Of a stretch of 51,898 nt of DNA, positions 1 through 9,556 are shown one piece after another (positions within the stretch are counted from its first letter, which is position 1; every line of letters begins with the position of its first letter). This DNA is from Candidatus Dojkabacteria bacterium (GTDB taxonomy: Bacteria > Patescibacteriota > Dojkabacteria > GCA-002793355). A program made the translations under genes and the position numbers. A model generated the notes under the pieces. That model was not told the origin of the DNA. It made no database searches and was given only the letters and a program-made list of their open reading frames with translations. Location of the stretch: positions 1 to 51,898 of the forward strand of contig WFTI01000005.1 in the NCBI GenBank assembly GCA_015485585.1, in the 5' to 3' direction.

Positions 1-2
1 CT

Positions 3-158
3 CTTCGACAGGTAGATCGTGCTTTAGATGAAGACGATGATTTTATGAAATATTTTCTGTTATTGCCAGAGATGAAGTTACCTGCAGCTGTGATAGACTC
101 TGCCGGTGCTTTTCCGCCTCCTTTTAGCCATCCATTAATCTCCCATTCCACTCATTAA
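3..158 (+). CDS. 3' end of a hypothetical protein running in from outside the window
   Basis: Frame is open from position 3 (LRQVDRALDEDDDFMKYF...) to TAA at 156-158. No recognisable motif. Confidence 0.4.
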   Translation, partial: LRQVDRALDEDDDFMKYFLLLPEMKLPAAVIDSAGAFPPPFSHPLISHSTH

Positions 159-193
159 GGTAGTCATTTATTTCGTTCCATTATAATCCTCCC

Positions 194-2263
194 ATGGGAG
201 CGAAGAAAACGAAAAGAACAAAGAAAACAGATGTCGACATACTAGACCGCGAAGTAATGCAGGTTACCCTAAAAGAGGCACTCTGGGCTTATTGGAGGTA
301 TCTTGTACTTGCTTTTAAAGCAAACTCCAAGTTATTTACCCTCTTTGTGATGTTTCTTGAGCTTTATTCAGCTCTAAATCCGATACTAAATGCATTTTTA
401 ATAGGAAAAGTAATCAACATTATCGTATATTCACCGACCAATATAACCTTGTTAGGGGTCTATATTAGTTTACTTGCGATCTTGTACCTTTTTTCAGGGA
501 TCTTGTTTGGTAGGGGAGGCATCGCAGATATTTTTATTGATAAATATTACAGAAACCTCGAGGGTTACTTTGATTTTCTTTATCTAGAAACTTTACGGAA
601 AACCCCTATTGCGGTGCTAGAGCACCCTCTTTTTATAACAATGAAACAACGAAGTAGCGGGTATTTTGACAATAATAACATGCAGATTTTTTCTGAGTTC
701 AGATTTATATTTTCAAGTATTTCGAGATTCTTCTCTGCAGCTACCTTTTTTATCGGTTTAGGGTACTGGTACTTTGTTCCGATCGCCCTGGTTTTAGGTT
801 TGATCTTTGGCTTTGGATGGATGCAAAACTTAAAGCTTCGTAACAGATCGGTTGACCGCACCCTTGAGGCCCAAAGGGTACAGGATATGGCTATAGAATT
901 AGTAGACAACTTATCAGTATTTACTATCTCACGTCTTTTCGGATTTGACGTTTTTGTTCTTAAAAGATATGCGCCGTTTAGATACCTGCGTTGGGATCTC
1001 AATCATTATATAGACCGTATTCTACGAATAAAAACATACTTACCTTCTAAACTCCCACTTCTTGTTGGAGAGTTGGCAATGGGCTTAAAACTTTTATATG
1101 ATACATTTTTGCGTAAGATCAAAGTGGGTGACTTTACCTTTTTAATGGGACAGCTACAGAACATAATTCTGCCTCTTTCTGGCACCATGGCTAGCATCTC
1201 ATGGCTTTATTCCGAAGCTTATTTTCTCTATGTTTACCTATTGCTTATTGAAGGAAAAATAAGCAAGAAACTCTACCGGCGTATTTTAAGACAAGCCCAA
1301 AAAGAGAAGATAGCATCAAAACTCTATCGTGTTTCAGTGTCTTCATTAAAAGGAAAAGATATTCAGATTAAAGACCTGTGGTTTAGGTATCCTGAAGCAA
1401 AAGAATATGTCCTGAGGGGAATTAATATGCAGATCCCCTACGGCACCAATGTAGCTATAGTAGGAGACAACGGAGCCGGGAAAACGACCCTTCTTAAACT
1501 GATCTTGGGAGCATATCCGTCATATAAAGGAAGCCTGCGGGTAGGCGAACACGAGGTTTATGAGTATGAACCCGATTCTTACCTGCTTAATTTCAGCATA
1601 TTACCGCAAGAGTTCCCTGTTTTACCTTTTTTAACTGTTGCTCAGTTTGTCCAGATAGATGAGGTTACTAAAAACGAGAAGTTAATTTTAGAACCTTCCA
1701 AATTTTTCTTTGAGAATTTCTTTGGAAATAAACGCGAGTTTTACGAATTTGTCGATCAGGTAATCAAAGGAGAGATTAAAGATATCTATCGTGATTATCT
1801 GTTACCACGCATCTACCAAGAAGATATAAACCAAGAGAAGGTCAAAAAAGTGCTAAAGGAGGTTGCTTTATATGATGATATAAAGCAATTTTCTGCAGGA
1901 ATAGATACGTTTTTGCATCCTACCTTTAAAAATGGAGTGCGTCCTTCCACAGGGCAGTGGCAGAAGTTAAATATTGCACGTATCCTTTATGCTCCGCGTG
2001 ATATCTTGATCTTAGATGAACCTACCAGCGCGATTGATCCTCATACAGCCTTTAAGATAGTTGATAAACTTTTTGAGAGATTCTCTGATCGCACCGTGAT
2101 TATTGTATCGCACCGATACTCCACGATAGTGAACGCAGACTACATTTATGTGTTACGTAACGGAAAGATAATAGAGCACGGAACCTTAAAAGATCTTCTT
2201 CGCAGAGAGGGATATTTCGCAAAAGCATACAGGGAGGAAAAAGAAAGGTTAGAGAGAAGATGA
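194..2263 (+). CDS. ABC transporter, fused permease/ATP-binding protein (exporter type)
   Basis: N-terminal hydrophobic helices; Walker A GDNGAGKTT; signature-like PSTGQWQK; Walker B ILILDEPT; H-loop SHR. TATAAT at 182-187. Confidence 0.92.
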   Translation: MGAKKTKRTKKTDVDILDREVMQVTLKEALWAYWRYLVLAFKANSKLFTLFVMFLELYSALNPILNAFLIGKVINIIVYSPTNITLLGVYISLLAILYLFSGILFGRGGIADIFIDKYYRNLEGYFDFLYLETLRKTPIAVLEHPLFITMKQRSSGYFDNNNMQIFSEFRFIFSSISRFFSAATFFIGLGYWYFVPIALVLGLIFGFGWMQNLKLRNRSVDRTLEAQRVQDMAIELVDNLSVFTISRLFGFDVFVLKRYAPFRYLRWDLNHYIDRILRIKTYLPSKLPLLVGELAMGLKLLYDTFLRKIKVGDFTFLMGQLQNIILPLSGTMASISWLYSEAYFLYVYLLLIEGKISKKLYRRILRQAQKEKIASKLYRVSVSSLKGKDIQIKDLWFRYPEAKEYVLRGINMQIPYGTNVAIVGDNGAGKTTLLKLILGAYPSYKGSLRVGEHEVYEYEPDSYLLNFSILPQEFPVLPFLTVAQFVQIDEVTKNEKLILEPSKFFFENFFGNKREFYEFVDQVIKGEIKDIYRDYLLPRIYQEDINQEKVKKVLKEVALYDDIKQFSAGIDTFLHPTFKNGVRPSTGQWQKLNIARILYAPRDILILDEPTSAIDPHTAFKIVDKLFERFSDRTVIIVSHRYSTIVNADYIYVLRNGKIIEHGTLKDLLRREGYFAKAYREEKERLERR

Positions 2264-2265
2264 GA

Positions 2266-2526
2266 CTAGAAATTTTTTAGATAACGCGCATAGTTTACTA
2301 AGACTTTTGAGGGATCTAAGGCTTTTACGGAGAGCACAATATTAGATGGAAGTTCTGTTTTATTAAGCAAGAAAAAATCAAAATCAATTCATCGACGGTG
2401 ACCGTATTGTAGGGCCAAAGCCGTACCACCTGCAAGTACTAGTTTATATTTTTTGGTTAAATCTTCTAACTTTGGTAAAACAGCCTTTTGCCGTTCGTTT
2501 AAAATCTCAGTAAATATTTTTATCAT
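2266..2526 (-). pseudogene. Truncated AbiEii/AbiGii-like nucleotidyltransferase toxin pseudogene
   Basis: Manual translation gives MIKIFTEILNERQKAVLPKLEDLTKKYKLVLAGGTALALQYGHRR*IDFDFF...NF*. The GGTALAL..GHR.S.D.DFF motif is interrupted by TGA at 2391-2389, and the frame ends after about 86 codons. Confidence 0.8.
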
Positions 2527-2546
2527 AGCCTTGTCTTGTTTATGTC

Positions 2547-2849
2547 TTATTCATCATTCATCAAAAGTTTATCCCAGAAAACCTTAAATTGAGGACGTAA
2601 ATTCAACCTTTTCTTTGAAGCAATTCTGACATATACGCTTTTTAATGCATCTTTGTCAGGATATCGGTATATCTTTCGCCATTCTTTGATTGTTCCGTAG
2701 TTTATTAAACGCTCTAATAAGGCCTCGGCAGACAGTTCATTAATATTTTTTACATCCCAGAAAATGGGCTTTATCTCTTGGGCTATCTTTATGAGATACT
2801 TGCGCAGGCTATTTGGAGTTTGGCGTTTTTTAGGAGAGGTTGTGGACAT
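2547..2849 (-). CDS. Small DUF6922-like putative antitoxin paired with the nucleotidyltransferase
   Basis: IFWDV...LLERLINYG motif typical of small proteins upstream of AbiEii-type toxins. Start moved to ATG 2849, which lies 5 nt after TGcTACAAT. Confidence 0.7.
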   Translation of the reverse strand: MSTTSPKKRQTPNSLRKYLIKIAQEIKPIFWDVKNINELSAEALLERLINYGTIKEWRKIYRYPDKDALKSVYVRIASKKRLNLRPQFKVFWDKLLMNDE

Positions 2850-2873
2850 ATGGGATTGTAGCATTTTGGGCGT

Positions 2874-4436
2874 TCATTGGTCTGTTTTTTGGTATTGTTG
2901 CAACTGCATGGCAATTTCAAGCATAATAGTCTCGTCACGGATTCCAGGATAAAACTTTTGGTTGTTGTTAAAGCGCTCTGTTGCGGAGGTTACAAGATCT
3001 CTAACTGTTTTGGGGTCTAGGTTTTGTATGTGTAGTATCAAAGTCTGGGCGATCCTTTTTATAAGATTAAAAATACGGTTATATTCTTCTTTTAACAACA
3101 TTTGTTCAAATATCACCCGCATTCCTAAAAGCCGTGTTATTTTAGCAAGCGGTCCTCGATGCCCTGTTTTTCTCGCATCAGTGTACCGTAAGTACTCCCA
3201 TACTAGGGTTGCTAATAAGTAGGGATAGTTTAGTATCTGACCTTCTCTTAACACCTGCTCGATTTTACGACTTGCATCTTCCAAATCTTGGATAGTTATC
3301 TCTTCTATGGTGGATAGGGGTTTTCTTCTGATGCCTCTCAATAGTTCGTTTATAACTGGTAAATATCGTTTTAGTATCAATTCTTTTGCTTCTCGGTTTA
3401 CACCTTTTTGATATTCTTCCCACCATTGTTGTGTAGCGTCAACAGTAGAGAGCCAAGGTTCTTCTTCCTCTTTTCTTTTCCACGGCAGTGGTAGTAGCCT
3501 TTTCAGCCGTTGCTGGGCTGATGTGCCAAAACGTGGTTTTTCTGGCTGACTGGGCTCAAAGCTAGCCAGCCCTATGTCGTCATGCCTTTGGGAGACTTTG
3601 CTAATGAGATCTTTTAAAAAAGCACCAAAGGTGAGGTTGGGATTTTTTGCTTTTTGCTTCTTATAAGTATAGTACAATTCTTGCCAGAGAGTATGATCCT
3701 TTATAACTTCCGCTTTTCTTCTTCTTCTTCCTCTTTTTCTTTCTCTTGGATTGCTTATGGCTCTAAGCACATCAGCTATACCGTCTGTGGCGACAATAAC
3801 ACCGATAAAATTTCCTCGGGCTATTTCTAGGGTTGCAGACTTCCTTGTCTGGACATCTCCCCCACTCAAGATGCTGATCTTGACGTTTCCGTTGTTGCTA
3901 TCTTTTGTTAAAATTACTACTGGACTATCTCCCTCAATAAGGATATTGAGTGTTACTTGCTTGGCATCTACAATAACATCTACAGTAGTTCGAGTTGTGT
4001 GCCCTTCAAGTCTTCCGTATTCGTCGAATTTTCTATGATTATTTACATCTAACTGCTCAAGGGGGGTGTCCCTGAGAGCTGCTGCTACAGCATCTTTGGC
4101 TGATTCTCCAGACAATCTTAACCACCTCCTACTATTATCTATTAGAGGTACAGTGCTTACACCGTCTGCCACCACCAGCCTAACTTTTGTTAAGCCTGGT
4201 CTGAGGTGTAGTGATATGGCGCCTACCGCATCTTGTCCGTTTGTATCACTTTGACCTATCCATCCTTTCGTCTCTGCCACAGCCTTAGTTTGTATCGGGG
4301 TATGAAAGGGGGCTAAAAGACAAGAGATATTGCCTATTCCGTCTAGCCTCTGTTCGATCAGAGAAAGCGATTCTTTGGTATCTGGATTTAGTTCTATTCT
4401 ACGAGGTACAGGTAAATGTTCTTTACCTCTTCTCAT
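2874..4436 (-). CDS. PP2C-like phosphatase-domain protein with a helical C-terminal region
   Basis: PPM metal-binding motifs in order: QDA, VADGVS, GDSPV, ATDGI, HDDI. Confidence 0.65.
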   Translation of the reverse strand: MRRGKEHLPVPRRIELNPDTKESLSLIEQRLDGIGNISCLLAPFHTPIQTKAVAETKGWIGQSDTNGQDAVGAISLHLRPGLTKVRLVVADGVSTVPLIDNSRRWLRLSGESAKDAVAAALRDTPLEQLDVNNHRKFDEYGRLEGHTTRTTVDVIVDAKQVTLNILIEGDSPVVILTKDSNNGNVKISILSGGDVQTRKSATLEIARGNFIGVIVATDGIADVLRAISNPRERKRGRRRRKAEVIKDHTLWQELYYTYKKQKAKNPNLTFGAFLKDLISKVSQRHDDIGLASFEPSQPEKPRFGTSAQQRLKRLLPLPWKRKEEEEPWLSTVDATQQWWEEYQKGVNREAKELILKRYLPVINELLRGIRRKPLSTIEEITIQDLEDASRKIEQVLREGQILNYPYLLATLVWEYLRYTDARKTGHRGPLAKITRLLGMRVIFEQMLLKEEYNRIFNLIKRIAQTLILHIQNLDPKTVRDLVTSATERFNNNQKFYPGIRDETIMLEIAMQLQQYQKTDQ

Positions 4437-4473
4437 CTTAAAATTATGCCATATGTTAGAATACCCCCCTCCC

Positions 4474-4501
4474 TTGAACCCTTAAAATCTTATGATATAA
4501 T
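4474..4501 (+). promoter_or_regulatory. Sigma70-type promoter of the 23S rRNA gene
   Basis: TTGAAC at 4474-4479, 16-bp spacer, then extended -10 TGaTATAAT with TATAAT at 4496-4501. Confidence 0.65.
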
Positions 4502-5928
4502 AACCTCAGGTTGGTACCTTAGAAGGGTTTGGTGGTTTGAGTAAAGAGCTCCTCAGTAATACGCTGGCACAATCTTAGCTCGTTTCTTCGGTAATTTCTG
4601 ACACTTTTTCGGCGTATTACTAAGGGGCTTATGGTCCCTTCAGGTGAAGGCTTTTTAGCCTTTGCCTGTTTGGGGCACATTGACAATCGGGTCTTGTGCC
4701 GGAGTAAGAAGAGAAGGGCACGGAGTGGATGCCTTGGGACCGCAGGCCGATGAAGGGCGTGCTAGGCTGCGATAAGCCCGGGTGAGGCGCCTAGAGCCGT
4801 TATCAGCCCGGGATCCCCGAATGGGAGAACCCGGCAAGTTATATGCTTGCCACCTGTAAAAGGTGTATGCCCCTTCTGGGGTATACACACAGGGGGGAAC
4901 CGGCCGAAGTGAAACATCTCAGTAGGCCGAGGAAAAGAAATCAAAACCCGTGCTTTGCACGGGTACCTGCCCTTTAGGGTAGGTAGAGATGCCCCAAGTA
5001 GTGGCGAGCGAACGGGGCATAGCCCAAACCTTGGCGGGTGAGAGGCGTTTGCCTCTCTAGGCGGTTGGGCCAATTCCCGTCAAGGGGTTGTGGGGGTTCC
5101 CTAGGGGCGCCAACCCAGCCCCGACGGTAGCCTGTTGTGGTAGGGGAAGCGGTTGGAAAACCGCGCCATAGAGGGTGAAAGCCCCGTACCCGAAACCGCA
5201 ACAGCGCCGTGGGAACTTCCCGAGTAGCACGGAGTCGGTGGAGCTCTGTGCGAAGCTGGGTGCACCATCATCCAAGGCTAAATACCTGCGGTCACCGATA
5301 GCGCACCAGTACCGCGAGGGAAAGGTGAAAAGTCCCCCGGGTAGGGGTGTGAAAAGTGCCTGAAACTCCGTGCCTACAGTCAGTCGGAGGGTGAAGACCT
5401 CCTTTTGGAGGTTGTAGCCTGACGGCGTGCCTATTGAAGAATGAGCCCGGGAGTTACTACGCCTGGCGAGGTTAAGGCATGGCAGTGCCGAAGCCATAGG
5501 GAAACCGAGTCCGAAAGGGCGATGAGTCAGGCGTAGTAGACCCGAAACCGGCCGAGCTACCCATGCCCAGGGTGAAGGGTGGGTAAAACCACCCGGAGGC
5601 CCGAACGGGTGTCCGATGCAAAGGGCTCCGATGAGGTGTGGGTAGTGGTAAAAAGCCTATCGAGGTCGGTGATAGCTGGCTCTCCCCGAGACAGCTTTCC
5701 GGCTGGCCTCGCGCAAATAACCGTGGAGGGGTAGAGCACTGTTTGGGGTAGGGCCCAAAGCGGGTACCTATCTCAGGCAAACTCCGAATACTCCACGGCG
5801 AAGGCGCGGGAGTTAGTCCCTGGGGGTAAGCTCCAGTGGACGAGCTGGGGAACAGCCCAGACCTACATCTAAGGCCCCAAAGTGCCCGCTAAGTGCCAAG
5901 CAAGGATGTGGGGTTCCGAAGACAGCTG

Positions 5929-5970
<42 letters not shown>

Positions 5971-6632
5971 CAGCTCACCAGTCGAGGAACCCTGCACCGA
6001 AAATAATCGGGGCTTAAGCGGGCCGCCGAAGTTTAGGGTCATCTGTAAGACGGGCTTTTGCTCGTCTTATGGATGGCGGTAGGGGAGCGTACCGTGCATG
6101 CTGGCACTCTGTCTGTGCAGAGGAGTCAGAACAAGGCGATGAAGCCACTCCGTAAGGAGTGGTGGAGCGCACGGTAGTGAGAATCCGGGCATGAGTAGCG
6201 TAAGGCGGGTGAAAACCCCGCCCCCCGAAAGCCCAAGGTTTCCGACGCAACGTCAATCGGCGTCGGGTTAGGCGGGACCTAAGGTACTGCCCGCTGTAAT
6301 GGCGGGTAGGCCGATGGGCAGCCGGTTAATATTCCGGCCCTAGCCTGAGATAGCGGCACCTTGTGTGCCCCCGCCGATGGGGTGACGGGGTGGGCCGTGG
6401 CGGAGCCCGTATCTGGTATGCGGGTGCAACCAGCAAGGCTGGAAGGATAGGAAAATCCGTCCTTCCGTTAAGGTCGAGCTGGGACGCCAACCATACCCTT
6501 CGGGGTATGGGAGTTCGCTAGGTCTGCCTCCAGGAAAAGCCTCTAGGCGGTGTATCTCAGGCTACCCGTACCGCAAACCGACACAGGTGGGCTGGTGTAA
6601 ATGCACCAAGGGGTACGGATCAACCCGGGTTA

Positions 6633-6666
<34 letters not shown>

Positions 6667-6920
6667 GAAGGGGGGCCCAGCACGTGACGTTACCCTTTTA
6701 TGGGTGGCCACGTGATCTGGGTCGCAGAGAATAGGCCCTGGCGACTGTTTACCAAAAACACAGGTCCCTGCAAACCCGCAAGGGGATGTATAGGGGCTGA
6801 CGCCTGCCCAATGCCAGAAGGTTAAGGAAGGGGGTGAGGAACTCTGTCTCTCTTCGGAGAGTCAGAGCTTCCAAGCTCCCGACCTAAGCCCTGGTGAATG
6901 GCGGCTGTAACTCTGACGGT

Positions 6921-7733
6921 TAGCGCTGCGGGAGGTGCGCGGACAGTTTCGTGTCCGTGCGCGCAGGTTTTTGGGGCGCGCCTTTGGCGCGCCCCAAAAA
7001 AACCAAAACCTCCCTAAAAGCGCAGGGCCGTCGTAAAATCCCGCTATATGCTGGGACGCCCTGCAAGAGGCAAAAAGCTACCGCCTCTTGCAACTGTCTG
7101 TGTACCGAGTAGGTGAAGATCACAGGCAGGGGGCAATCAGCAGGGAAGATCCTTTAAAACAATCCTCCCACTGTATAATCTCGTTATGGGAATGCGAGAT
7201 AAATACAAAAGATTCTTCTTGGGAGGATTAATCGAAGGTGAAGGAAGCTTAGTAGTCGTGGTTCGCAAACGCAAAAATCTAAAATTCGGAATAAGCATTG
7301 ACCCTGAGTTCTACATTTATCAACACAAAAAACGTAGAAAACTGCTAGAGCTTGCACGATCGGTTTTTAATACCGGCAGTATTTATAAAAAGGCAGGCTC
7401 AAAAGATATCTTGGTTTTTGCTATCCGTGACAGGCGAACCATCTATGAGAAAGTAATTCCATTTTTTGAGCGTTATGTTTTACCGTTTGGAGCAAAATAT
7501 AACGAGATGTTTCCTTACTATAAGAAGCTAGTAGAGCTTATGATGCAAAAAGCGCATCTTTCTGAAGAAGGAATTAAAAAATTACTAGATCTGGTTGAAG
7601 AGATTCGTAAAAGATCTTAGTGGGAGGATTGTAAAAAGGATCCCCTCAGAGACCATACGCGGGATGCCGGTCAACTCCTCGAGTAGAGGAGATACCGGTG
7701 AAGATATGGTCCAATCCACTATTTAGTGGATTG
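6921..7733 (+). mobile_element. Group I intron at 23S position L1923 (813 nt, IB-like core)
   Basis: Splits ...GACGGT|CCTAAGGTAGCG; the 5' exon ends in U and the intron ends in G. P ATGCTGGGA, Q AATCAGCAGG, R TCAGAGACCATA, S AAGATATGGTCC; P3 ATCCCGC/GCGGGAT; guide sequence AGGGCCGTC near 7025-7033. Confidence 0.95.
7186..7620 (+). CDS. Single-motif LAGLIDADG homing endonuclease (I-CeuI-like)
   Basis: FLGGLIEGEGSL motif, 144 aa, located between Q and R and flanked by the stem GATCCTTT..CAATCCTCCCAC / GTGGGAGGATTG..AAAGGATC. L1923 is the insertion site of the I-CeuI intron. Confidence 0.92.
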   Translation: MGMRDKYKRFFLGGLIEGEGSLVVVVRKRKNLKFGISIDPEFYIYQHKKRRKLLELARSVFNTGSIYKKAGSKDILVFAIRDRRTIYEKVIPFFERYVLPFGAKYNEMFPYYKKLVELMMQKAHLSEEGIKKLLDLVEEIRKRS

Positions 7734-8339
7734 CCTAAGGTAGCGTAATCCCTTGCCGGTTAATTACCGGCCTGCATGAAAGGCGTAACGACTGGGGCAC
7801 TGTCTCAACCCGGGATCCGGCGAAAATGAACTGGCCGTGAAGATGCGGCTGACACCCACCAGGACAAAAAGACCCCGGGAGCTTTACTGCAGGTTCGCAT
7901 TGGGTCGTGGCACATCCTGCGCAGAATAGGTGGGAGGCTGTGAAGCGCCCTCTTCGGGGGGCGTGGAGCCGCCAGTGAGATACCACCCAGGGTGTGTTGC
8001 GTCCCTAACCTCCGTAAACCTCGGGGCAAGGAATTTTTTAAATTCCAAGCCTCGAGGGGAGGGACAGTGCGTGCCGGGCAGTTTGGCTGGGACGGCTTCC
8101 TGCTAAAGGGTAACGCAGGAGTCCAAAGGTCCGCTCAGGCGGTATGGAAATCCGCCGTAGAGTGCAAAGGCAGAAGCGGGCTTTACTGCGAGGCCGACGG
8201 GCCGAGCAGTCGCGAAAGCGGGGCTTAGTGATCCCTTGGCTCCACATGGGAGGGCCAAGGCTTATCGGACACTAGTTACCCCGGGGATAACAGGCTGGTG
8301 GCGCCCGAGCGTCCACAGCGACGGCGCCGTTCGGCACCT

Positions 8340-9438
8340 CAATTTCGGGGTGTGTAAGGAGGAGCTTACCTGCCTACTAAGATACCCCCTAGGGTATGCA
8401 TAATGCATATCTTAGGGAGGGTTTTGAGGTTGGCTGGTGGGTGAACTCCTTACAAAGCACCGGCTCATAACGGAGAAGCCCCTAAGGTGTAACACCTCTG
8501 CTGTACAATTACGTATGACAGAAAACACCTTAGCGGGTAACTCCGTGGGAAGTCGGGCTGCCTTAAGCGAGCTTACAAAGAGGCAGAAAGAACTGATAAT
8601 AGGGTGCGTGTTGGGTGATGGGCATGTACGAAAACTTGCCGGTAGGCAATATGCATTTTTAGAGATCAACCATTCAATAAAAGCAAAAGAATATGTTGAG
8701 TGGAAATACTCCTTGTTAAAGGAGATCGTGAAGTCTCCTCCACAAAAGAGGAGACAAAATAAGGGCATATTCAAAGAAGCCTACCGGTTTACAACCCGAC
8801 AGCACCCATTCATCGAAGAGGTTTATAAAAAGTTTTATAAGGATGGGAAAAAGGTGATCCCGAAGGGGTTCACCTTAACACCTTTTATTCTTGCGGTATG
8901 GTTTATGGATGATGGCTCTTCTACCAAAAAGGGAGACATCTATCTAAATACTCAACAGTTTGATCTGAAGTCTCAGCGAAGGCTTCTTCATGCCTTGCGC
9001 CAGCTTCAGATCAAAGCCCGGTTGAACAAAGACAGAAGATATTACCGAATAAGAATCAAAAAAGAAAGCAGGGAGAGGTTTATTGAGCTTATCTCTCCCT
9101 ATGTGATTGATGCGATGAAGTATAAGCTTAAGGCAGCCTTGACCCCGTAGAGACTTCACGGGAGTAAAGAGCAAGAGGAGTAAATCCTCTTGCCACCCAC
9201 AGGCTCCCGTGGGGTGGTACCAAGTGCGGTACCGCAATACGCCGGCCCCATCTTGTCAGATGACAAGATGGGTGGAGGAATAGTCCAGCTTGCCATCAGA
9301 GGAAACACGGGCTTTGTGGGGCGCGCCTTTGGCGCGCCCCACAAGGTACCGCTTTCCTCGGGGCAAGAAGCACACCTTAATCTGCGCACCATATAATGTG
9401 CTTCTTGCTTGGGTACATAAAGTACCATGGCAAGTTTG
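8340..9438 (+). mobile_element. Group I intron at 23S position L2500 (1099 nt, IA-like with extra hairpins between P7 and P3)
   Basis: Splits GGCACCT|CGATGTCGGC. P1 GCACCU/GGGUGU with a U-G pair; terminal G at 9438; P ATAACGGAG pairs with Q ACTCCGTG; R GTAGAGACT; S GGAATAGTCC; P9 CTTGCCAT/ATGGCAAG. Confidence 0.93.
8515..9150 (+). CDS. Double-motif LAGLIDADG homing endonuclease (LAGLIDADG_2 / I-SceI-like)
   Basis: Motifs IIGCVLGDGHV and LAVWFMDDGS. The likely start is ATG 8515, 5 nt after TACAAT, rather than 8437. Confidence 0.9.
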   Translation: MTENTLAGNSVGSRAALSELTKRQKELIIGCVLGDGHVRKLAGRQYAFLEINHSIKAKEYVEWKYSLLKEIVKSPPQKRRQNKGIFKEAYRFTTRQHPFIEEVYKKFYKDGKKVIPKGFTLTPFILAVWFMDDGSSTKKGDIYLNTQQFDLKSQRRLLHALRQLQIKARLNKDRRYYRIRIKKESRERFIELISPYVIDAMKYKLKAALTP

Positions 9439-9514
9439 CGATGTCGGCTCGTCGCATCCTGGGGCTGTAGGAGGTCCCAAGGGTGGGGGTGTCCACCCCT
9501 TAAAGCGGCGCGTT

Positions 9515-9556
<42 letters not shown>

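Noticed and set aside
2389..2391. In-frame TGA as evidence of genetic code 25 (UGA=Gly) or selenocysteine
   Set aside because: TGA ends intact genes at 2263, 30674, 37192 and 42556, the long genes have no internal TGA, and the family residue at this site is Ser.
580..4254. Short antisense ORFs inside long genes (also at many later positions in the ORF track)
   Set aside because: They are shadow frames of well-supported genes and carry no motifs or start signals.
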